Part shown: one piece after another, positions 26,401 through 33,200 of the stretch
Layout of the letters: each line of letters opens with the position of its first letter
Numbering within the stretch: position 1 is the stretch's first letter
Origin: Antedon mediterranea
Taxonomy: Eukaryota; Animalia; Echinodermata
Assembly (NCBI RefSeq): GCF_964355755.1
Contig: NC_092674.1
Location: forward strand, 25,730,001-25,794,000
Direction of reading: 5' to 3'
Length of the DNA: 64,000 bases
Position numbers and translations under genes: made by a program
The notes under the pieces: generated by a model
Seen by the model: the letters and a program-made list of their open reading frames with translations, nothing else
What the model was told of the DNA's origin: nothing
Database searches by the model: none

Positions 26401-27528
26401 AAATAAAAAGGGATTTGATTTTGATTTGATCTGTGTAATACGCCACTGACAGAATACCTATCAGATTGTTTGTAAACCCCCAATCTAAGAGTTCCTGTAT
26501 TCAGTGAGATATTACTCTTAGTCTTTAGTTTGTTTTTCCCTGCCTGGGGATATTTATTATTATACTTCAATACTCACAGGAGTTTATAATAACCTCTTAC
26601 GTAGGACACAAAGAACGGGATATAACACACTTGTCCTGCCTAGGGTATCAACTACAATATGCACCGGAGTTTATTTATTTTACAATACAAATGATGAGAC
26701 TTAGTTTTGTGAATTAATATTATTAAAATGATAAAGTTAAGTACTGTACCATGCCGGTGTTGGTCTTGATAGTTCCAATGCAAAATACAATTGTAATTTT
26801 GAATTAATTTTATACAGTAACTTCAAAGTTTAATATTTATTACAAAGACTAAAATGACTAAATTTAAATGAAAAATATTTAAAGAAATAAATTCATCCAA
26901 ATGTAAACTATATGTCACGCGCAGATAAGATAAGAAGAGATAGGCTAGGGCCTAATACTATAGGCCTAGGGCCTAGTATAACTAATAATTTTCATACATA
27001 CTATATTAAGCCTAGCCCTAGCTAGAGACTAAGTAGGCCTAGCCTAGTAGGGTCTTCCTACCTCGCTAGGCCTAGCCAATCTAATTAATAAGGCCTAGGC
27101 CTAGATATTTTTAATAGTTTAACCTTTTATTTTAGCTAGGCTAGCCTCCCTAGGCCTAGCTAGTCAGGGCCTAGCCTACTACTAGCCTAGGCCTACTGTA
27201 GCCTAGGCCTAGCCCTAGGCTAGGCCTAAATTCTAAATATTAAATAATGATTGATTGATACGTTTAATGCCTTTTCTGAAATTAACTTAACACCTTAAAA
27301 ATTTGAACCAACTTTAACAACAATTACTTGTTTTTAACCAGAGGCATGATGATTAGCCAGGCCTACCTGAAAACTCTCTTGATTTAGGAGGATGTGCAGA
27401 TTGTCAGTTTCCAGGCACGGTGTAACTCTGCTGTCAGTGTCAACCTGATTATAGCCTGACAACATCCTAGCCTTCGCTCGAACGAATTGGTAAAAAGAGG
27501 TAAACATATCCCTTATAATTACAGCCAT
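2475..27528 (-). CDS. PDE2A: cGMP-dependent 3',5'-cyclic nucleotide phosphodiesterase 2A-like, 5' partial (N-terminal region before GAF-A; gene continues left of window)
   Basis: Six GT-AG exons with consistent phases: 27528-27367 (MAVIIRDMF...NQESFQ), 23828-23739 (EALLELAAVVDVASLRHFLHKAVNMLLDDV), 19085-18982 (SESLVYIIDTSTSQLMSLDGLGGVQHYLPSSGIV), 15546-15425 (DCMKKKMLVISD...VHKS), 3426-3371 (VVCCPSVSELSKNVLAIIV), 2534-2475 (VICATPSELHQKCLFTFSKH). Aligns by eye to the recalled vertebrate PDE2A N-terminus [33 protein letters not shown] / ETVYTYLLDGESQL..HELPQEGKVR / [20 protein letters not shown] / [20 protein letters not shown]. Confidence 0.85.
3151..3336. mobile_element. MITE family A copy with a 22-bp hairpin inserted in its right TIR
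   Basis: TIRs aactctgtatacactatcaaac / gtttgatagtgtagacagagct. Insert at 3293-3314. Confidence 0.8.
3589..3764. mobile_element. MITE family A copy (partial further copy at about 3781-3801)
   Basis: agctatatctacactatcaaa ... gtttgatagtgcagacagagct-tta. Confidence 0.75.
3838..5556 (-). mobile_element. piggyBac transposon, internally deleted and non-autonomous
   Basis: TTAA TSDs (3834-3837, 5557-5560). Perfect 14-bp TIR CCCATCAAGGCCCA. Internal inverted repeat tgggtcatatatgtcccaatggg (3971-3993) / cccattgggacatatatgaccca (5130-5152). Transposase remnant inside. Confidence 0.95.
4163..4920 (-). pseudogene. piggyBac transposase C-terminal remnant (PGBD3-like DDE_Tnp_1_7 end plus Cys-rich domain)
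   Basis: Three frames join to LRGNRL..*EKEMQKK/GRGACDW..VVVSWLDTKRVTLIS.YAGVEP/WDK..EVTRPSIVSRYNTHMGGVDLMD..RY..KRWY..LF..ALVNAWLLY..RRRCAIC..KCKVALC..RNCFREYH. It has a stop, two frameshifts, and F where a CRD Cys is expected (TTFEKC). Confidence 0.92.
5575..6221. mobile_element. TTAA-flanked foldback MITE (Harbinger- or Kolobok-like) with nested LINE tail
   Basis: TIR ggcccatttacactaggacgataacgatcga / tcgatcgttatcgtcctagtgtgaatgggcc, plus long imperfect inner inverted arms (about 5623-5740 vs about 5805-5924). Confidence 0.8.
5927..6040 (-). mobile_element. 3' end of L2/CR1-group LINE (stem-loop + (AATGA)n tail)
   Basis: Stem gaggagccta (5992-6001) / taggctcctc (6026-6035), followed on the minus strand by AATAAATAAATGAAATGAAATG. 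Confidence 0.55.
6820..7013. mobile_element. Harbinger-like MITE
   Basis: TIR gggtctttcacacctgttctggcacggttccgg / ccggaaccgtgccggaacaggaggaaaagatc, TAA/TTA flanks. Confidence 0.65.
8318..8762. repeat. 15-bp minisatellite (GTGACAATTGCARTG), about 30 copies
   Basis: Directly visible tandem array. Explains the VTIAM / HHRN ORFs. Confidence 0.95.
8991..9147. repeat. About 75-80-bp tandem duplication in a CpG-rich block
   Basis: ctgcgacgtt...ggttgctgagcatttcgattcg.atgagtgctcatgaaagcgtcatagttcattt occurs twice. Confidence 0.85.
10243..10296 (-). mobile_element. Rex1/Babar-like LINE 3' terminus
   Basis: Minus strand reads AATTTCCCAAGTTGGGATGAATAAAGTTTT(CTTGTAT)n, resembling the Rex1 AATTTCCC..GGGAT.AATAAAG + microsatellite tail. 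Confidence 0.55.
10325..10484. repeat. 32-bp tandem repeat x5
   Basis: TTAAAAGAGAAATGATAGGCCTAATACATAAA at 10325, 10357, 10389, 10421, 10453. Confidence 0.95.
11266..11410 (-). mobile_element. LINE 3' end fragment (stem-loop + AATAAA + (AAATC)n tail)
   Basis: Minus strand GGACCCCAATAGAAATAAG...TATGGGCTATCC ... GAATAAAATCAAATCAAAT. Confidence 0.45.
11725..12650. repeat. About 136-bp tandem satellite, 6 units, built from a pogo/Tigger-like MITE end
   Basis: Unit aatcacattattta.aagtaccatagaacctctattaaagggacatct..gacc....ccctgaatagggattggcca.agtgtgaactcatacaaaa starts at about 11741, 11877, 12013, 12127, 12265, 12550. Confidence 0.85.
12310..12476. mobile_element. Harbinger-like MITE family B with TAA TSD
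   Basis: TIR agcttggttcccactag / ctagtgggaaccacgct. TAA is duplicated relative to the empty site ctattaaaggga in sister satellite units. Confidence 0.9.
12722..12790 (+). mobile_element. Degenerate tRNA-derived SINE head
   Basis: A box tggcttggtag, B box ggttcaaatcc. Similar to 47915-47991. Confidence 0.4.
13499..15110. repeat. 19-bp minisatellite with 57-bp higher-order repeat, starting at a TA-CAGT pogo/Tigger-like end
   Basis: TA|CAGTTGAACC, then (CCCTCTATTAATGGGACAT)n to about 13850, (3x19) 57-mers at about 13850-14300, and mixed variants to about 15110. Confidence 0.92.
15616..15892. mobile_element. Kolobok-like MITE, TTAA TSD
   Basis: ttaa-AAATATATTGTCC ... GGACAATACATCT-ttaa. Confidence 0.7.
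15940..16056. mobile_element. MITE family A, truncated copy
   Basis: gtgcccaaatatggtagtgat ... gtttgatagtgtagaca. Confidence 0.7.
17349..17509. mobile_element. MITE family A, near-intact copy (PIF/Harbinger type, TTA TSD)
   Basis: tta-AGCTCTGTCTACACTATCAAAC ... GTTTGATAGTGTAGACAGAGCT-tta. Perfect 22-bp TIR. Confidence 0.92.
17843..17993. mobile_element. MITE family A copy
   Basis: agctctgtttacactatcaaac ... tttgatagtgtagacagagct. Confidence 0.85.
18640..18838. mobile_element. hAT-type MITE
   Basis: TIR CAGTGGCGTAA / TTATGCCACTG, with 8-bp TSD tttgtggc / tttatggc. Confidence 0.85.
19303..19433. mobile_element. MITE family A copy
   Basis: tgtttacactatcaaactagtttgac ... agtgtagagagct. Confidence 0.7.
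20436..20921. mobile_element. ISL2EU-like MITE (AT-flanked)
   Basis: aAT-AGAGAGGTTTCGCAATCTTACGAATACGATAACGAAAACGGATA ... TATCCGTTTTCGTTATCGTATTTGTAAGGTTGCGAAACCTCCCT-ATt, TIR about 50 bp. Confidence 0.8.
20975..21340 (+). mobile_element. RTE-clade LINE, 5'-truncated 3' end
   Basis: Frameshifted translation SGVQDII..IKSKKWRWAVHLARRYDNRWT..DWTPR..RDRGRQKIRWRDEL...QRVARDRSEW..GEEAFALQW, then an (AAG)n tail. Typical RTE ORF C-terminus. Confidence 0.88.
21601..21870. repeat. Local tandem duplication, about 160 bp
   Basis: tacatcata..atttgatagaatcattgatt.actaaaattaaaaagcatgtcaattgt..ttcactgtttccc occurs twice. Confidence 0.8.
22874..23661. mobile_element. ISL2EU-like DNA transposon deletion derivative with remnant of the SWIM/YqaJ-exonuclease gene 5' end
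   Basis: AT-flanked perfect TIR AGACACGTTTCGCGCTCGCGA. Plus-strand frameshifted peptide MATAECFCC...FNYTKSLNNIPVF / KSWKCFKERYVHDV / IHGRCNRSMKKNE. Confidence 0.7.
24007..24428. repeat. About 19-21-bp minisatellite (GGGGCTCTCCCCATATTA)
   Basis: Directly visible degenerate tandem array, about 20 units. Confidence 0.9.
26153..26282. mobile_element. Partial inverted copy of the hAT MITE at 18640
   Basis: cagtggcataa..gctatgag and gaggcctccagcgttggagggccacc are reverse complements of parts of 18640-18838. Confidence 0.65.
26941..27228. repeat. Low-complexity tract of TA-(GGC/GCC/GGCC/GCCC/CTG)-TA units in PDE2A intron 1
   Basis: For example 27183-27228 TAGCC TAGGCC TACTG TAGCC TAGGCC TAGCCC TAGGC TAGGCC TA. 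Confidence 0.85.
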
Positions 27529-28646
27529 CTTTAGCTAAAACTGGCAATACTTCACTTTACAGATTTAACTTTTCTTCATTATACTTAAGGAACTGTAAGT
27601 ACAATGAACAAAAATATCAGTTAACCCTGAAAATGCACAACATTTTATTCACATCACAAGTAATTGTATATTCGCGCTGTATGAGGTTGGAATAATTTAT
27701 ATCGTATTATTAATTTCACTTCAAAACGCCCTCTATTACATTGTGGCAAAAAGTGCATCCTAGATTTTTTTTTTCTTTTAGTTCAATAGGCCTATAGATT
27801 AAATAAATGTTTGTTTAAACAATAAAAATGAATGGGTAGCGTGCTCCATTTATTATCTGTGGTTGGTTGTAGTAACTACTAACGCTAAATAAAATTTTGA
27901 ATCGTTAGTGTCACAAAGCATAATATAACACGCGCGTGCGCGTCCAATTATTGATAAAATTTGGACAATATTCTACGCACGCGCTTTCTACTGTGATTGT
28001 CTTGCCGGTATCCTTGACGTACTGTGGATATCTAAAACTTATACGGTGTTATTTTTTAAATAGGACATGCACCTATATTAACACTAAGAACGAATTTCGG
28101 AAGCTCCATTTATTATCTGTGGTTGGTTGTAGTAACCCTTGTACTACTAACGCTAAAGTTTGATTAAATTATCAGATGTATTTTGATAAATAGATATAAG
28201 TTAGACATTAAATTTATAAATAACTTCGCAAGTCACAGTGAAAATAACTGAACATGTAAATATAGTACTCAGGCCCGTTTATACAACGCACGCGGGGTTG
28301 GGACGCGTTCGGGATCTAACACAATGTGTGTCCTTCCCCCCACCAAAAAAAAAGGACTCTTGTATGCAATTGTCTAGTTTGTAAACCAATTTTCTGTTCG
28401 TTTATTTCTAAAACAAATCAATCCCCTAATGCCTTGCATTTATTCTGGCGCAAGAGTGAAGGTAAAAGCATGTCTCAAGTTTCAAAGTAAGCCTAAGTTG
28501 AAAGTGACTATTTATATTATTTCATGTTTCGAATGTAAATGCATACAACGCCACCCAACTGGCAGAAAACGTTTGTTTACATACAAAAAATATAATAATA
28601 CAAAAATAAAAAATAAATTACACATCGATTAAAACACATGGAGAAA

Positions 28647-28756
28647 AACAAGGCCATATACATGGCTGTAGTCGCGTGCTCAAGTTAGTATTTACCGACC
28701 GACCAACCGACCGACCGACATACTGTAGAGTCGATCGCGCTGCACGCGACTAAAAA
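28647..28756 (-). mobile_element. Short Helentron-associated (HINE/DINE-1-like) element
   Basis: Minus strand TTTTTAGTCGCGTGC..(GTCG)n..GCACGCGACT..GCCATGTATATGGCCTTGTT: subterminal IR, microsatellite and 3' hairpin. Absent from duplicate unit B. Confidence 0.7.
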
Positions 28757-29419
28757 TGTTGAAAATCAGTAGATGAAGGTTGATTCAAATTTAATAATGT
28801 GTGTAATCAACAGTACATCATGTTTGATAGTAAAAAAACATACCAGCCTCAATCATGGTATGTACTAATATGGCAATATGATTGTGTATATATATAATAT
28901 ATATTATTCGTGAAACTTCCTCACATAGTGCACTAGGGCACAATGCCACAACTATCGAGATAACGGCTATTCAAACTTAATTCACTGCACATTGGACTCG
29001 AGATTGGGCGTTTTGAGGTTAGTTATGACTGGTTGGAAATAATGAAACATCAAACCAACTCGATCAAACATTATTATACATTCGTTGTTCTTGTAGGCCT
29101 AGATAACATCTTATCGCACGACGTTTTTTAAATAAGTTCATTTTTCTCATTTAATAACATTTATTTACAAACTTCTCTTTTTTAATCCTTTCATCGAGAT
29201 TTGATTCGGTGTCCAGCATCCAGTAAACCACGAAGTAATATTATTCAATGACTATACAAATCACAGTAATCATAATCGTGCGATACTTCCATAAGTAGAA
29301 TCGGTCCGATTTTTTGTCAATTTCAGATAATAAACATCGTTATCATGGCTTTATTTGAAGTTCTTTCAAACTTGATTTTAATATAAACTTAGCGTGATTG
29401 CATTGCACCAGTTATACTT

Positions 29420-29483
29420 TGTGAAGACTTGAGTACCAACACATATCAAGTGATTTATGGTGGCTGTGACATAAAACTAAAAG
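29420..29483 (+). other. Probable 5' UTR exon of MFSD8 copy A (homologous donor near 38554 in copy B); start approximate
   Basis: Strong donor AAAG|gtaagg conserved in both copies, upstream of the acceptor tttgtatag that precedes the ATG exon. Confidence 0.5.
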
Positions 29484-30244
29484 GTAAGGTCATACAGTTT
29501 ATGTTATTATACTTAATTATCTTTTCATAAAATTAATTAATTAAATATGTGAGTTTATTTAGTTATCCTCTGATCACCACTATGATATTTATTATATCAT
29601 TATCATACAACGAAACAGATTTATGTCTGATGTTTAACCAAAGTTATTCATATTTTAAAAAAAATTAAATGTGTAATTCGTTAAGATCGAAACTCGCTAT
29701 GGTAAGGAGGATCAAACAAAAACGTATTTTCTTTAACAAGTTTAAACTGCTTTAAATTCATTGAATCAAGACTTAATTTAAAGACTTCACCAAGTTAAAG
29801 GGAGTTATTAGTGTCTCTTTCCACAATTGAGTGAAAGAAAAAGAAATATGTGATATAAAGTGGTCCACCGCGTGTATGTTCTGAAATAGTTTCTCGACGT
29901 TGCAACCATCAATATACTTCTATCTTCCTCAGGGTGAGAATGTGGGAAAATGCTTCGTAATAAAATAAATGTCTAGAACACAAAAGCCCGAGTTTAAATT
30001 CCTAGATTTTATTTCCTCCATTCTCATGTCATTCAACAAAATTGGGCGAGTTTTGTCACATAAAGCTGAACAAAATTTAGAGATATTGTTGTAGCAACTT
30101 TAATTACCATAATGTCTCTCAAACTTACACGCGAAAATCCAAATGTATTATTAGGAGTGCGTGCCTCATTGATGATCCTACTGGTTCCATATAACTATTA
30201 TCAATTAACAAAGGTGAATTTCGTTCTTTTTTTGTATAGAAAAA

Positions 30245-33200
30245 ATGGCACATCCACGAACAGTGAGTGAATCTCGCTCTAGATCTGCTAGTAAACTGGA
30301 ACAGAACTTGGATAATATAGGAGCTCCGTTAACCTACGGCACTGAACTGTATAATCCAAGAACAACCCATGGAGCTGTATTGCATGAACATGAAGATTTC
30401 GGTGAACTTTCAAGAAGGTAAAAGTACAATATCAAAAAATGTGCATGTAACCAACAGCAGAAAAGAGTGTTAAATTAACAAAGAATGTTTAGTAATTAGT
30501 AGCATCTTCTAAAAAATTATAACTTAAATTAGAACAATCAATGACAACATACATTGAAGCTAATGCTTAATAATGATAGCCAACAAAGAACAAATAAAAA
30601 GAAACAAAGATAATAAATTGAACCGGACATAAATCAAGAACACCTGAATATTCCTCCTCCAAAGTTCTCCATTTACTTCTCTCTAATTTCTCAGTTTGCA
30701 ATTCTCCACCAGTTGTTTTTATATTTCCTCATGTCATCTCTCTATCCCCTCATTCTAGGCTTGCCTATTTTCGTTTTCCATATTCTTGGTTGCCAAACCA
30801 TAGTCCTGCTTATCCTGGAGTCTTCCAACGTAGCCTGCTCATCTCCACTTATTTTGAGCAATTATTGCTGGAAGCAGATCTCTGGTTCTTGATCATTTCC
30901 TCATTAATTTGCATGGAATCTTTTCCATTATTATTTTGATCCATAATAAGTGTATCCATTTGTATTTGTTTATCTTTTCTGAATCATAAGTTTCACCAAA
31001 GTTATTCACCTAAACATTCACGTACATAGCACAAAGTTCACTGGGTGAGGGCAATTCATCCCTGCTATCGCTATCCAAAGATAAGAAGAACTTGGTCATT
31101 CCGAACTTTGTAACATCCTGGAAATACCTACAATTCAATTTTTTTTCAAAAAGAGAAACTAAATCTATATGCCTAAACTTATTTCATACATCAAGTAACA
31201 CATCAGCTTCGGCTGGATGGACCACCCTTTTTAAATATTGTTAAAATTATAATAAAATAAAATGCTATATAAATATAGTGTTAAAGTAGGCCTATATTAA
31301 TAATGATTAATATTTTATTTTATTTGTATGATCTTTGAACTTTGACCCTGTCTACGATAATATCAGTGAATTGAACAAGAAAAAGAAGTAAGTATACTGC
31401 ATTATTTATTTATATTTTATAGTTTCATTCTTGGTTTAATTTTATCTAAAAATGGTTAATCTCGAAAGATAATAATGCGCATGCGCAGTTTATTGAAATC
31501 TGAATCGATTAAAAAAAAGCAAGAATACTATTAGAGATAACTTATCTTAAAGATAAACAACATTTGGATAACATAGAACCATAGCATTGTCTATAATAGT
31601 AATGAAACGCGCTTACTGGAACTTAAGAAAAGTTTTGATTTGCTATTATGTAGAGGGCGCTATTGAATACTTAAGCAAGAACTACATAGTTTTTAGTCGC
31701 GTGGAAGCGACTCTATAGTTCACTAAGTCGGTCGGTCGTTCTGTCTGTCTGTCTGTCTGTCGGTCTGTCTGTCTGTCGGTCTGTCTGTCTGTCGGTCCGG
31801 TATCACTATGCGTTTTGTCGCTTTATGACCTTATCTTGATATCAGTTTAATCTAGCTAAGTCAATTTTTCACAGAATATTCCTTATGGCCAGGAATCGAT
31901 GTGGTTATGTTTTCACGGTGCGCAATAAAAAATTACGCGGTCTACGCACGATTTAACGAAATCACGTTTGTAATCATATCTTAACAACCATGAATCACCA
32001 TTAAATAAAATTTGGTACTCATAAATTTCAGGGCGTAAATCATCATATGGCAATACAATTACGTGCGTAGCGCATGTAACGCATGCGTACGCGCGCTTAA
32101 AATTTTCAAAATTTATTTTCGATGAAATAAGAGTACGTTTCAGGCAATTTTAAGCGTTTACAAAATTGCCATGAGTGCGCAGATTTTTGCGCGCGCACTG
32201 CGCGTTAAATGTTATTGCGCACACTTTTTGCCCGATTTCTGTTTTCTTGACTTACTTTTCAACTCAAAATTACGTTATACGAGCACGTCAAATGTGACAG
32301 GCTACGCACGTGTAAATTAAAAAAATATAAATGTTTTTAAACATTTCAACATTTTTAAACATGTTCAGTAATTTCGGTCAGTATAGTTCACTATGTCGGT
32401 CGGTCCGTCTGTCTGTCGGTCTGTCTGTCTGTCAGTCTGTTTGTCTGTCGGTCCGGTATCACTATGCATTGTAGCACGCGACTTAATGGCTGTTGGCCTT
32501 GTTATTACTGTGTGTACAAATAAATAATTATTGTAAATAAAAAATACTGCAATGTACATAACTTGTATGTATATTAATACATATTTTTTGTTTCAAAAGG
32601 GAAATGGCGATGGCCGAGACTGGAGAGACCTCTGAAGAGTATGATGTCCGATGGCGTTCAATCTACATTACTTATCTCACTGTGTTTTTATCAAGTACTG
32701 GTACGATAACGATTGTGATTGGCCATTTGCTTGTGTCGCGCTTGGTTGTTCAAGCGGCGACACTGTCTTACTATAGTGTTTTATACAAAGCAAGAGAAAT
32801 GAACAGATCCGTAACCGAGAAATCTAATGAAACACTTTTTAAAATGACAAACTTCTTTGCACAAAATAAGTGACTATTAGAAATTAATCTTATTAAAGAA
32901 ATTGTTTCTTTAACCAACTGTATGCCGAATCCATACTTCGCTAACCACTACGTATTTTTGTTTTATTCATTTAGTAACAAATAGTATTGTATTTTTCAGG
33001 TTTTTCATTAGTCTTACCGTCTATATGGCCGTATATACAAAGTGTAAGTCCTACAACTTTATCAGCTACTAGAAATCCATCAACTTTTTTAGGAGATTTT
33101 CAGTAAAACGAATGATTTTAAGAACAGGATTGTAGAGAGACGTTGGGTTTAGACATAATTAATTTCAGGTTAAGTTCCACTAGAAGTATTAGATCTACTA

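Noticed and set aside
32604-32873. ATG at 32604 as the sole MFSD8 start
   Set aside because: An in-frame upstream exon (30245-30417) shows only synonymous differences between copies, indicating it is coding. 32604 remains possible for a short isoform.
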